Assembly: GCF_021028975.2 (NCBI RefSeq)
Contig: NC_059428.1
Location: 150,536,001-150,600,000, forward strand
Source of the DNA: Sphaerodactylus townsendi
Lineage: Eukaryota
DNA: 64,000 bases
Reading direction: 5' to 3'
The notes below the pieces were generated by a model, which had not been told where the DNA came from, did no database searches, and saw only the letters and a list, made by a program, of their open reading frames with translations. The position numbers and the translations under genes are program-made. Every line of letters starts with the position of its first letter. The first letter of the stretch is position 1. Shown here piece after piece: positions 50,197-62,650 of the stretch.

Positions 50197-50814
50197 TGCT
50201 GCCAGGAAATTTGCAGCATCCCTAACTATATTAGAAAAGGCAAATTTGCACTCACTATGTTCCTAGAGGTGCTTCTCACTGACGTTAAACCATCAGCAAA
50301 AGAAAACTCTTCATAATGTGGCTTTTCCCCCAAAATGTCATACACAGCTTACTGTTTTTCTTATGGATAGTTCTGGTGAGCCTTAATTTTCACAGTCTAA
50401 TTTGTAAAGCCTTCCTGTTAAACCTTCCATGTCTCTTATTTTGACTCTGCCAATACATATTACCTAATCTTCAAAACAGATTTGTACAGATGGCGTAGAT
50501 AAAGGCTGAGCGAGCTTTCGATTGTTTTCTTTGGGCTTCTACTCTGGAGTCACAATCAAGCCATAGTGGCAGCTAATTTCAGGAGGAGGTGATTAAAGAA
50601 TGTCATTCAAGAACAAATCGACAGTGTTAACTAAACCCAGATATATTGCTTGAAATTCAAAGGCACATTTTCTGTTTAACATAAACCCTATCCTCGGGGG
50701 CAATCGTATGGCAGATACCAGAATCGTATGATACCAGTTTTTGTAGCATCTGCCCAGGCTGTGTAGGTGTATAAAATACTGTAAAGTCACAGCCAACTTA
50801 TTGTGATCCAAACT

Positions 50815-51187
50815 AAGAATAAGAATAAGAATAAGAAGAGGAAGAGGAAGAGGAAGAGGAAGAGGAAGAGGAAGAGGAAGAGGAAGAGGAAGAGGAAGAG
50901 TTGGGTTTATATCCCCCCTTTCTCTCCTGCAAGGAGACTCAAAGAGGCTTACAAACTCCTTTCCCTTCTCCCCTCACAACAAACACCCTGTGAGGTAGGT
51001 GGGGCTGAGAGAGCTCAGAAGAACTGTGACTAGCTCAAGGTCACCCAGCTGGCATGTGTTGGAGTGTACAGGCTAATCTGAATTCCCCAGATAAGCCTCC
51101 ACAGCTCAAGTGGGAGAGCGGGGAATCAAACCTGGTTCCTCCAGATAAGAGTATACCTGCCCTTAACCACTGTGCAACTGCTGCTCC
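50815..51187 (-). mobile_element. Squam3-type SINE with compound (AAGAAT)n(AAGAGG)n tail
   Basis: Reverse copy; hexamer repeats at 50815-50900. Confidence 0.9.
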
Positions 51188-51194
51188 TTTGGAA

Positions 51195-51342
51195 AACAAG
51201 GAGTTTTCAAAGCAAGTGATTAAGCAAAGGTGGTTTGCCATTGCTTTCCTCTGCTGAGTTTTCCTTTGAGATTGCCCTTCCAAGTACCTTCCAAGTACCA
51301 CTTAGCTTCTGGAATCTGACCAAGCTATACAACATGCTGCTT
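51195..51342 (-). mobile_element. 5S rRNA-derived SINE
   Basis: Minus strand ttggtcagattccagaagctaagtggtacttggaagg...gcaatggcaaaccacc; similar to the 29455 copy. Confidence 0.6.
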
Positions 51343-51369
51343 TCCCTCCTTGTCCAACCTGTGAGGGCA

Positions 51370-51592
51370 TGTATTTATTTAGATCCTGCTTTTCTCCCCA
51401 GTTGGGACTCAAAGAGGCATGGGGCATCATTCTCCCTTCCTCTGTTCTTTCACAACAATAACCCTGTGAGGAAGACCAGACTGAGAGTTCGTGACATGCC
51501 TGAGGTCACCCAGTGAACTTCTGAGGCAGAACTGAGTATTTGAACGTGGGTCTCCAACGATCCCAGTCCAACACTCTGTCTACTGCACCGTG
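51370..51592 (-). mobile_element. Old MIR/Squam3A-like SINE
   Basis: cacaacaataaccctgtgagg...gaggtcacccag...tttgaac...cccagtccaacactct. Confidence 0.6.
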
Positions 51593-53587
51593 CCTGGGAA
51601 GGACTGTGCTTGGAAGAATCAGTGTTTTACCGTGGCTCTCAAAACAAAAGGGGGCTGAAGGTTGGTCTCCAAAATAATTCTTCTTACTTTGGTGTCTAAA
51701 TGTGGGGAGGGCAGAGCAGAGCAAAATCAGGATACCATGATAGGAGGGAAGTTACCATCACCACTACAAAGACGTTAAACAAGCGGCAAGTCCTAATGGT
51801 CTCATGTACCATAAAGCAGCTTCATGTGTTCATGTGTCCGCTGACTGATACTCGGGGGCTCACAACAGCCACAACAAAACCCACAACAGCCAAGGAATTC
51901 TCATTAGTCTTACATTCACATAACATAATATCTCTTTTCATTATAAGACCTCGCACTGCCTGTAGTTACGCACGGCACTGAAAGAATGTATTTAACCTGG
52001 AACCTTTGAGAATGGCGCAGGATGGACTCAACAGCGTATTATTCACTCATTAAAAAGCAAATTAGTTGCATTCCATGTTGTTTGCTTAACATCTTCAGGC
52101 AGTGCCAATTCTGAAATTGGTTTCAGGTGCAAACAGATTAAATTAGCATGTTTCATGATTACAGAAAACATTAACTGGACAAAAGCCAATTCAGAAGGCC
52201 AGTGACAAAAATGGATACGTTTTCAATTAAGGCACAAGACGTTAAATGAAAATGCATTACAGTTTTCTCTGTGCGTTCCGCAACAGCTTGTAGCATCTGG
52301 CCACAATATGCTCATTGACACAGCTGTAATGCATCTTGAAAGAAAACCCAAAAAAAGGCCAAGTTAGTCTTAAATTATTGACACAATAAAAGAAACGGAA
52401 CCATGAAAGAAACAGTGTTATCTGTAGATGCTACAATGATCTACGGGAGCCTGAAGCACATCTGAAATCGCCTCCTCACTCTTTTTTGCTAATAATTGCT
52501 GTAGGTTAAGATAGATTCTTCAAACGATTAATGTTGAGAGCAGAGATGGAAAGACAGCAAAAGGGCCTTTACAGATTCACTATGTAAAAGCATTAGCAAA
52601 GCGACGCAACGACGCACCAAAGCACATTCTGTAATGAAGTCAACGATCTATAACTGGAGTTTGTTTTCCTTTGAGAAAAATAAATGCTATCATAGCCTCC
52701 GCAAGTGAAGGAAAAAAAATGACAGACGACAGAAAAAACTGCGGCAGGCGAAATTCTGAATGCATTCATTAGGGGGGCACTATCAACTCCACAGGGCCAA
52801 GTCAGACTTGCTCTATGCTTCTTCCAAAAGTTAGCAGCCGTCGGTCAAGAAGCCCATACGCCCAAGACACAAATCAATTCAAACCAGACAGGTGTAGAGA
52901 TGTACTTCTAAATATTCAGGATGGAAGAACTCGTGGAACTGTTACCAGATGCTTGGCTCTGAGCAACCATCACACATGGCTGAGCATTAAACACACAGGA
53001 CTAAGGATGCTGGAAATTAACGGGGATGAATGGCAGGTGGCTCAGATCACGGGTGGTAATAAGACTATCTACCTGTCCTGATCTTTGACAACGTGCAGCA
53101 GCATCTTTAATTTTTTTCCTGATGTGCGAAATTGATTTCAAATAGGCAGACACATTTAAAGACAATGCTGTCACGGCAAGGGGGGGAATCATTTAAAGGC
53201 AGAGACTTCGGTGTTCCCATTTTTATATGATTATTGGCATCACTGCTTATATAAAGCTGGAAGGTATGAACCCAGGCAAATAATAAATTGCTCAATAATA
53301 ACATGTTTTACCAGCTTTGAAAGACAGGAGCGACGAAGGACAACACAACAGGAAATGGGAAAGGTCTGCATGGATTCGGATTCACGAATTGCATTTTCCA
53401 TGGATTTTTCATCCCACGCAGCATTAATGAAATATTACTCATGCAACTGTTTGACAAATTCCTGTTCTGTGTACAGTGATCGATATCTGCAGGTGTAAAT
53501 ATGAATTTCTCAGTCTTCTCTTACGGAGCAGAGAAAGTGTATGAAATATTAAACAGCTGCAGTCAATATATAATGCGAGGCTAAACT

Positions 53588-53650
53588 GAGTTAGATTTGA
53601 GTCCAAAGACCAACAACATTTTCAGGGTAGAAGTTTTTAAGAGTCAAAGC
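53588..53650 (-). mobile_element. Penelope-like terminal fragment (second family), interrupted by Squam3
   Basis: Reverse complement resembles 57719-57808. Confidence 0.6.
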
Positions 53651-53880
53651 CAGCGTGGTGTAGTTGTTAAGAGCAGCGGACTCTGATCTGGAGAACTGGG
53701 TTTGTTTCCCCACCCCTCCACATAAAGCCTGCTGGGTGACCTTAGGGGAGTCACGGTTCTCTCAGAACTCTCTCAACCCCACTTATCTCACAAGGTATCT
53801 GTTATGGGGAGAGGAAGGGAAGGTGATTTTAAGCTACTCTCTTTAAAAGTATAGAAAAGTGGGGTATAAAAACCAGCTTT
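53650..53880 (+). mobile_element. Squam3-type SINE (shorter, older variant)
   Basis: tRNA head, CORE and L2-like tail. Confidence 0.8.
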
Positions 53881-55377
53881 CCTTCAGCAGAATCTAGCTT
53901 GTCTTTCCAGACCAAGATGACTATGCTCCGAAACTAGGTTGAACTACATTAGGCTCTGCTACTCCAATCATCAAATGAGACTCAAGAAGATTTCAAAAGC
54001 TTTTTTGGAACTGTGTCAGCCCAAAGCTCAGATAGCCAAAACTGAAGTTTGGCTCCCTGACCTTGGCATATACCTGTAAGTTACAGACGGCTCAACCCAT
54101 AATCCCCCAACCTTCGCATTCCCATAATATCAGCATGTGAAAGGACGGTGGGAACAGAGGCGTTGTTTGGGGCAGACAGTTCACTACCTCAGAGAAAGGC
54201 AGATAAGAGTGAACGTTTAAGCTCTCTTCACTAGTTACATGCAAGCAGGGGGAAGCCTCTGTAGCCTCGGGCGATGATAATGGCCGAGCCATCTGTGACC
54301 TTGGGGTGGACGTTCGAGATGCCAGGCCAAGAATGGCGCAGGCCTGACAAACAGGTATGCCAGTTAGGAACACAACGTATGCAAATCACAACATGCCAGA
54401 AGAAAAGAATATCCACTAAATATTTTATACAGAGAGGTAGCATTCAAGTCATAGGTCAGACTCTGAAAGAACTGGTCAGTTTGCCCGTTCCTGATGATAA
54501 GGGACTGACAAGGGGAAGCGGCTTACACTTCATGGTGCAAAGCAAACTGCATTTGCGAGCTGGCGATGGCTTCAAGAGTTATTTTTCTTGAAATAGAACT
54601 GAGAGGGGAGGCTGCTAGTCCAAAATGCCTTTGGGGACACACATACTTCATGCCACTCTTACAGCACTTCTTCGCAATGGAATCGCAGTTTTAATAGTGG
54701 GTTTGACAGGCAGCATTTAACTTACAGATCCATCCTCAGCAAAATTGTAACCTTCTAAACCAAAAGTTGATGGACTTAAAAGGATGCCGCTCCATCTAGG
54801 ACCGAACTAAACACTTTTAAAGCCAAAAAAAGTTTTTAAATAATTAGATTTAGGTTTTTTGTCCTGCCCCATCAATTTATTATACTGGACGTCTAGTGCC
54901 TGCATTCCACACTAAAGGTGTGTTCGCCTACTGCACTTGGCAAGTCCCAGAAATCAACACCTTATCTATGTCTACAACCTCTTGTTTTTTTTAACCTCTC
55001 AAGTCAGAGCCAATTGTGTTTTCTTAATGTTGCCATTCTTCAGTGGATGCACAATCAAAGGAACTCAGCTTCTCTTCTGGATTCCCTAGACTTGCCTCCA
55101 GCTGTGACTAGTAATATCCAACAGGAGTTCACAGCATCTTAACAAATAACAAGAATTTCATCATAAGCTTTTTTTGTCACTGATGAAAAGGAGCTTCAGC
55201 TTTGTGACTCTTCTGCTGGAACGTTTTTGGGTTAGTCTTTCAAGATACCACTAGACTCCTGTTGGAAATTACCAGTTACAGAGGAAAATGGCTAACAATC
55301 TGTCTAACTAGCAACAGATCCATAGGCATCCAATACCTTTGCCAGGATTCCACAAACAGGAGTACAAAAGCCATAGG

Positions 55378-56715
55378 TTAGAATCATAGAGTTGGAAGAT
55401 ACCCCCAAGGGCCATCAAGTCCAACCCCCTGCCATGCAGGAACACACAATCAAAGCACTCCTGACATATGGTCATCCAGCCTCTGTTTAAAAGCCTCCAA
55501 AGAAAGAGACTCAACCACTCTCCAAGGCAATGAATTCCACTGTCGAATAGCCCTGACAGAAAGTTCTTCCTAATGTTTAGGTAGAATCTCTTTTCCTGCA
55601 CCTTGAATCCATTACTCGATTCACTTTGACCTTTGTCCTATTCAGAAGCCTATAGAAAATTAAAAGGTCAACTATTGGATAGAGAGTTCTCTACCCTAAT
55701 CACCGCAGCCAAGAAAACATGCCCCCCCTGTAGTTTTCTCTCCCATTTGAACAGGGCCACTTGGCACACTACCTGTATTGTTTAATAAACCCTGCTCAAA
55801 GGAGAGCCATAATGCTCGCCAGGTTTAATGTTATGCCTTCTGACTTGTTACATGGCAGATTTAACAAGCAAGAAAAGGCTAAAAGATTGTGCCCGTGTAA
55901 TAATGGCTCAGTTGAATCTCTGGCCCACCAATTATTACACTGTTTCAGATTCAAGGAAATCAGATCCAAGTATGTGAATCTTACTCCTTTACATTTACCT
56001 GATATCCCCGATTTATTTAGATTACACTACTTGCTGGACAATCCTGATCCTTCTCTCTGTATGACAGTGGCAGACTTTCTCCTGGAAATTACTAAATGCC
56101 AGTAGATTTCCCTCCACTTAACATTTATTTCCTGTACTGTATATGATTTTTTAAATCAGTTTTTCTACTATTGTTGTACTGTTGTCTATGCCAATAAAGG
56201 CTTGCTTGCAAAAAAAAAAAAGAATCCATTACTCCGTGTCCTAGTTTGCAAGGCAGCAGAAAGCAAGCTTGCTCCCTCTTCGACATAGCATCCCTTCAAA
56301 TATTTAAATGTAGCTATCATGTCCCCCCTTAACCTTTGCTTCTCCAGACTAAGCATCCCCAGCTCCCTCTCTTCGTAGAGCATGGATTCCAAACCTTTCA
56401 CCATTTTGGGTGCCCTCCTCCGGACCCATTCCAGCTTGTCAATATCCAGAAATGAACACAGTACTGTAGGTGAGGTCTGACCAACGCAGAATAGAGTGGT
56501 ACAATTACTTCCCTCGATCTAGACACTATACTCTTATTGATGCATCCCAGAATTGCATTGGCTGTCATATCACTCTGCTGACTCATGTTCAGTTTGTGGT
56601 CTACTAAGACTCCCAGATCCCTTTCACATGTCAAGCCAGGTGTCCCCCATCCTATATCTGTGCATTTCATTTTTTTCTGCCTGAGTGTCGAATCTTACAT
56701 TTATCTCTGTTGGGC
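55378..56715 (-). mobile_element. CR1 LINE 3' part, split by an RTE-X-like insertion
   Basis: ORFs [43 protein letters not shown] and RF.LNIRKNFL; 3' end ...tctatgattct. Confidence 0.92.
55618..56221 (+). mobile_element. RTE-X-like LINE 3' end with poly(A)
   Basis: ORF 55761-56105 with C-terminal zinc knuckle RLCPC..ESLAHQLLHC; aataaa + poly(A); 13-bp TSD gaatccattactc at 55605-55617 and 56222-56234. Confidence 0.8.
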
Positions 56716-57718
56716 TGTTCTACTGGGCTAAAACTGTGCCAATAGGAGGCCCACTGTACAGCCATCATGGTTTATTTGTCTGATACCAGACTCCAGCAAT
56801 CTCATGCTGTTGGTTTTAACAGGATGGCAACTCATCACTCTCAGATACAATCTGACATTTGTTATAAATATTCTTTCAGTGTGGATACTACTGAGACAGA
56901 ACTCGCCTGCATGTATTTGCCAGCTACAATCTATTTGGAAGTTTTTTTTAAAAAAAAATGGATAGATATGGTCTTTGCATTTCAAAAGGCAGTGCCTTTG
57001 ATGGAAGACATGTGAAAAAATGTTTAAGTGCCTCTCCAGGGAGATTTTAAAATTAAATTGATCATGCACCGTTATTGTCAGTTGTGTTTATATGAACACC
57101 TTTTTATCAAGGAGAACTTAAATGACAGAAAAACAGTTTCAGTGAAAGAGAAGCGGACATCTTGAAATCATAGGAGCTTAATATGATGGGTGACATCTGG
57201 GGAATAAATCAAAATTCTATTATAAAATGAATAGATAAAAGCTTCCTAATAAAAACTTCATTATTCCTTGCATGTGTTTCCATCAAAACATAGGAAATCG
57301 AGGTCACTCGGTTTTTGGAAACACCAGTCTTGCAGAGAACTTGGCCTTCAACCAATGACTACCTGTGAGTATTTTTGCTGAGGAACAACATTCCAGTACA
57401 TACTGTGCTCCACCTCTCCTTTAGAATACGGAAGGTTTGGTCAAATTAACATTTTCCCATCCAACTCACATGCATTTTTGTCAGAACAACAGTCCACAGT
57501 AGTCCTGGCTAGTTTGCTTTGCTGTTGACTTATAAACTAAGCTGCAAACTATTGTTAACATTAAGAAAGCATGCCCACAAAAAAGGAGGGATTATAGAAA
57601 CCCCTTTACAGTGAATGTTATAAAATATTGTACTTGTAAATGTATAGATGTATACATCTAAATGTTGATTGGTCTGAAAATTATTCGCAATAGGTACTTG
57701 TACAAGTACTTCCTGCTT

Positions 57719-57808
57719 GTATCTGACCAAGAGAGCTTTGACTCTCTAAAGCTTATAACCCCAACATTTTGTTAGTCTCTAAAGTGCCACTGGACTCAAA
57801 TCTAGCTC
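57719..57808 (+). mobile_element. Penelope-like terminal fragment with decayed hammerhead core
   Basis: ctgacca-agagag-ctttga-ctctc-taaag...ttgttagtctctaaagtgccactggactc; core boxes mutated. Confidence 0.6.
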
Positions 57809-58759
57809 TTATTTACAATAAGTGATCCAAGTAAAATACTGCTTCTTTAAATCAGCATTTGAGATCCTCAACTTTCTTTTCCCCATAATTATTGCAGATA
57901 TAAATATGTTAAATCTGCAATCACTGAAGAGCACACACTCCACCCACAAAAAAAAATACACAAAATTATTCCCTGCATTATAAATGTCGCATTCAGGACA
58001 CTCCATTTTAGATCCAAGCCTGCCCGGTTTGGTCTAATACAAATGTTTCTTAGATGCAGTAACAATCAGTTTCTCAGTTCTCTTAATTAATGGATTTATT
58101 GTAATATTTAAAATCTGATTCCCTTTTTATTATAATGAATCTGCTACTTTAAAATCATTAAAAAGCCTGAATAAGTGTTATTAGGTTAAATTCATGGGGT
58201 TCATTCAGCATTCATTTCCTTGATGGGGATTTATTCAAACTCTCTAAGAATTCGCCGTAGCCCGTATTTGCTTTAACTCTCATTTATATTTGATGGGCAT
58301 ATTAAAATGTAACCATGATGAATTTGAAACCAAGTATGAAATTCTTAAACATCTTTGGAAGGGGAAGATTATAAGCTGGGAATGGAAGCTTGTTCTAAAA
58401 GGGAGGTGTGCCATTTGCTCTCCAACAGTTCCTTATACAGTGTCCAATTGTTGTTCTTATTAACAGACTGGCTTCTTTGGGGGGGAAGCTACACCTTTCA
58501 TGACGCAATTTCAGAATATGCATGCATGAAGTATTCTTGAACGGTCAACTTGTCTATCTTAATTTTTTTTAATCACCTCTAGTCATGTAACTATTCTGGT
58601 CAGGAAAACAGTCATTTCAGCCTTTATATAGCTGATAATTTACTCAGTGATCAAGTCAGTGACCAAAAAATGCCATGTTCTAGACTCAACAGTGCTCTTT
58701 TTCTCTCTATTTTTTAAGTACAGGAGAAGTTTTATCTCAATGGGAAGAGCTAGAACAAA

Positions 58760-59062
58760 AGAAGAAAAGAAGAGTTTGGATTTATACCCCCCCCCCCTTC
58801 TCTCCTGTAAGGAGACTCAAAGGGGCTTACAATCTCCTTTCCCTTCCTCCACCACAACAAACACCTGCAAGGTGGGTGGGGCTGAGAGTGCTCCAAGGAA
58901 CTGTGACTAGCCCAAGGTCACCCAGATGTCATGTGTTGGAGTGCACAAGCTAATCTGATTCTCCAGATAAGCCTCCACAGCTCAAGTGGCAGAACGGAGA
59001 ATCAAACCCAGTTCTCCAGATTAGAGTGCACCTTTTCTTAACCACTATGCCACACTGGCTCT
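58760..59062 (-). mobile_element. Squam3-type SINE
   Basis: Full-length reverse copy. Confidence 0.9.
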
Positions 59063-59084
59063 CCTATAAAGAAGGAACTGAGGT

Positions 59085-59835
59085 CACCAGGCCTCTGACT
59101 GAGGACAGCAATGGCTGTACATCAATTGTCCTCCCCTGCTAGATCCTCTGAGGATGTATACCTCCTGTTGTGTTCTCTGCTCCCTATCACTCACTCACAC
59201 AATGAGAGGACTGCTATCCTGCTGCCATTTGTGAAGAGACATTTTAACTGTTACAGTTTTAAAATAGTTTTAATATTTATTTAACATAAATGTTTGCATA
59301 CTTCCTGATGTTATCTGCCTGGAGCCCAGCCTTGGTTGGGACTGTCTCTTCCCCGATGTCCCTACTTGGCCTCTGCTATCTGCAGAGGCAAACTTACTGG
59401 TGGTCCCCAGCCCCTCAATGGCCTCCATCCGGGCCAGGGCCTTTACCCCTGCCTGGTGGAACACTCTTCCTTCGGCCATTAGGGCCCTGCAGGACCTTGG
59501 ACAGTTCCACAGAGCCTATAAAACAGAGTTGTTCCACCCGGGTTTTGGGGAGGCTGGTTGCTGATGTGCCACTCCCCCCGCCCATCCCCTGTATACCATC
59601 ACATCTGGTTGCCACTAATGTTGTGCCCAGTCCTCTCCCGGGGGAGGGGGGAGGGGGAAGTCTTTCTCTGCGTAGCCATTTGCTTTTGAGTTACTTGTTG
59701 TTGAGTTACTTGTTGTGTTAAATCATTTTTTGGTTTTAATGAGTATATTGTAACTGTATGTTTTAATGGTATTTTATTTGTAGTACACTGCCCAGAGCAA
59801 TGTAGTAAGTCTCACAAACAAATACATAAATAACG
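59085..59835 (+). mobile_element. L2 LINE 3' fragments
   Basis: 59090-59200 resembles 47460-47570; gggcctt...cctggtggaacactcttcc...ttccac and tgcccagag...taaataa tail. Confidence 0.65.
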
Positions 59836-60182
59836 GGAGGGATAGAAATCAAATAAATGAGGCCGAGGGGTGCCTCCTCGTCGGATCATGCGATCATTCC
59901 AATGGGACTGCAATGTGGAACTGCACAAAAGACTGAAGATGAACATCAGCCATGCAGACCCAAGACATGTTGCATGCGGATCAAATTATTAACACCAAGA
60001 CTTGGGTAGATGTAAAGTACAATAATTTCTTTGAGGAAATATAGGAAAGTACTCAACATCCAGAGAGTTCACCTGCCTTTGGCATTAACAAATGCTGAGT
60101 CAGGCAGCTATAAGGAAAAGAAATGTCATTGTGAGTGGGTACCGGTGCAGAGCACTGTGGGAAAGCAGTATGCACATGTTAG

Positions 60183-60592
60183 AATGACCCATTGGATACT
60201 CACCGTGAAGGGGTCTTCTCTTGGGTGGTGGAAGCCACCTTGTGGGTTTTTCTTTCTCCATCCGATAGGTAGGTAGGAAAAGATATTTGGTCACTTCCTG
60301 TCAGTCTGTTGCCGCCAATTTGCTCCAGTATCTGAACAGCTGAGTAACTCACAACATAAAGTCAACAGACCAACAACATAGAACCAGAAAAAATAACAGG
60401 TCCAACTAACATGGAAGGGACCAAATCCTAACAATATTGGACAGACTCCTTAGAAAAAAGGTTGACATTGGAACACGTCGGAAAGGAACGAACAAGGAGG
60501 GCCAAGATGTCTTCCACCACCCAAGAGAAGACCCCTTCACGGTGAGTATCCAATGGGTCGTTCTCTTGGATGGTTTCAGCCATCTTGTGGGT
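60183..60592. repeat. DIRS1 right terminus and internal complementary region (ICR)
   Basis: 60183-60234 is the reverse complement of 60511-60562 (51/52 matches); 60562-60592 is a diverged direct repeat of 60217-60247. Confidence 0.9.
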
Positions 60593-60627
60593 ACTCCCCC
60601 AGCAGTGACCCAATAGGGTAGGTTCAG

Positions 60628-61690
60628 TTAGTCTCTGACAACGTGCTCCAGGACCCTTCTCCTGAATGATGCCTGTACGGCATCCTGAGACGTCAACCTA
60701 CAGTGTCTCATGAATGATGACGGAGAGGCCCAGGTGGCCCCTCTGCAGATCTGCTCTAAAGGAAAGTGTTTGACAAGAGCCACGTTAGCGGCTGCGCTCC
60801 TTGTAGAATGCGTTGTAATCCCAGGCGGGATGGGAAGCTGATTTGCCTTATGGGCTTCGATAATACAAGCTCTGATGTTAGAACTAATGGAGGCAGAAGA
60901 CATCGGCTCACCCAGCTTAGGTGGGGCCACATTTATGAACAATGATTCAGACTTCCTCAGCTGCTCGGTGTGAATGATAAACGCCTTGAGGGAGCCCCTC
61001 ACGTCCAGACAATGCCAAAGCCGCTCCCGCAGATAGGAGGGCCTAGGGCAAAAATTAGGTAGGACCATGTCCTGTGCTAGATGGAACACTGAGGTGACCT
61101 TGGGCCGGAAGGAGGGGTCTAGTTTCAAAACCACCATATCTGGGAAGAATAGGCATAAGTTGGGGTTTACAGAGAGAGCTCTGATCTCGGACACCCACCT
61201 GGCTGAGGGGATGGCAACCAGGAATGACAGCTTCATGCGAAGCCAGCGGAGGTGTATCGACTGGACCGGCTCAAAAGGTGACTTAGTGATCCAGCACGGC
61301 ATGTAACCGCCAAGATGGAAAGCGGTGGACAACAGGGGGCTGAGACTGTTGAGTTCCCTTCAAAAAAGTTTGTATATCAGGATGCCTGGTAATAGGGAGA
61401 CCCTCTACTAGAGGAAGCACTGTGGCCAAAGCCGCCAATTGGCGACAGAGGGTGGAACTACAAAGCCCGTTGACCAGGCCCTCCTGCAGGAAGCTAAGAA
61501 TGGAAGGAAGCGAAGGAGCCTCCAGATTTACACTCTTCCTCCTGCACCATCTAGCGAAGGCTTTCCAAGATGCCTTGTAGATGGCAATGATTGATTTTCG
61601 TCTGCTGCGACAAAGGTATCAATGACTGCCTCGGAATAGCCTCTGCACCTCAGTCTCTGCTGCTCAAGAGCCAGGCGGTCAGCCTGAACC
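60628..61690 (-). pseudogene. DIRS1 tyrosine recombinase, inactivated
   Basis: FLVAIPSARWVSEI, HCLDVR, HSTRSAA, ICRGATWASPSSFMRHC; frameshifts upstream of 61332. Confidence 0.92.
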
Positions 61691-61699
61691 ATCCTGGAT

Positions 61700-62650
61700 C
61701 TTGGTGGAACAGGGGCCCCTAAGACAGCAAATCTGGAGTGACCGGTAGGTGGAATGGAGGAGCGATGGCCAGCTGTTGAAGCACCAAATATCAGGATCTC
61801 CTGGGCCAGTCCGGCGCTACCAGGATTATCGACCTCCCTTCCGTCTGAACCCTCTGAAGAAGTCAATGCAATAAAGGCAGAGGAGGAAATGCGTACAACA
61901 GCCCCTCCGGCCAGGGGGCAGTCAGCGCATCTATCCCCCATGCCCGAGGATGGTAGAAGCGAGTGCAAAAACGACTGATCTGAGCATTGGGGGGGGGGGG
62001 GAGGCAAAGAGGTTGATCACTGGAACTCCAAATCTGCCTGCCATCACCCTGAAGACCTCTGACTTCAGCTTCCACTCCGAGTTGGAGACCTTGGTTCGAC
62101 TTAACCAATCTGCCTCGACGTTCAGCTGCCCTCTCACATGCTCTGCACACAGAGATGAGATATTGACCTTGGCCCAGATGAGGATTCGGAACGCTTCCCT
62201 GTGCAACTGAGAGGACTTGGATCCCCCTTGATGGTTCAGGTAACACTTGGCCAACATGTTGTCTGTGTGAATTACTACATGTCTGTGCAGGATCCAACGA
62301 CGAAAGGCTTTGAGGGCTTAGAAAAATTGCTCGGACTTCCAGGATGTTGATTGAAAGGTGGGCCTGATCTGCTGACCAGGAACCCTGGGCCAGGTGATGA
62401 TCCAGCTTGGCCCCCCAGCTGGATAGACTTGCATCTGAGAAGATGTGGATCTGGCTCTGGGGCGCAAAGACCTTCCCCCCACCCAAGTTGGATTTGTGCG
62501 TCCACCACAAGGAGACTGTGGCGTACTGCCGGTGGCAGAGACAGGGACTGATTCTTCCTGTGAATGATCCGACTGGCGAAGGAACACAGGAAGGCTTGAA
62601 GCAGACGCACGTGAGCCCTGCCCCATTGAATCAGGTCTATGGTGGTCAGT
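61700..62650 (-). pseudogene. DIRS1 RNase H plus adenine-methyltransferase-like domain, frameshifted
   Basis: IFSDASLSSWGA, INILEVRAI, YLNHQGG, HVRGQLNVEADWLSR (RNase H); INLFAS..NAQISRFC..GIDALTAPWPEGLLYAFPPLPLL (MT-like). Confidence 0.85.

Noticed and set aside
50803-51033. KR-repeat, NLS-like ORF
   Set aside because: Translation of the (AAGAGG)n tail and antisense SINE.
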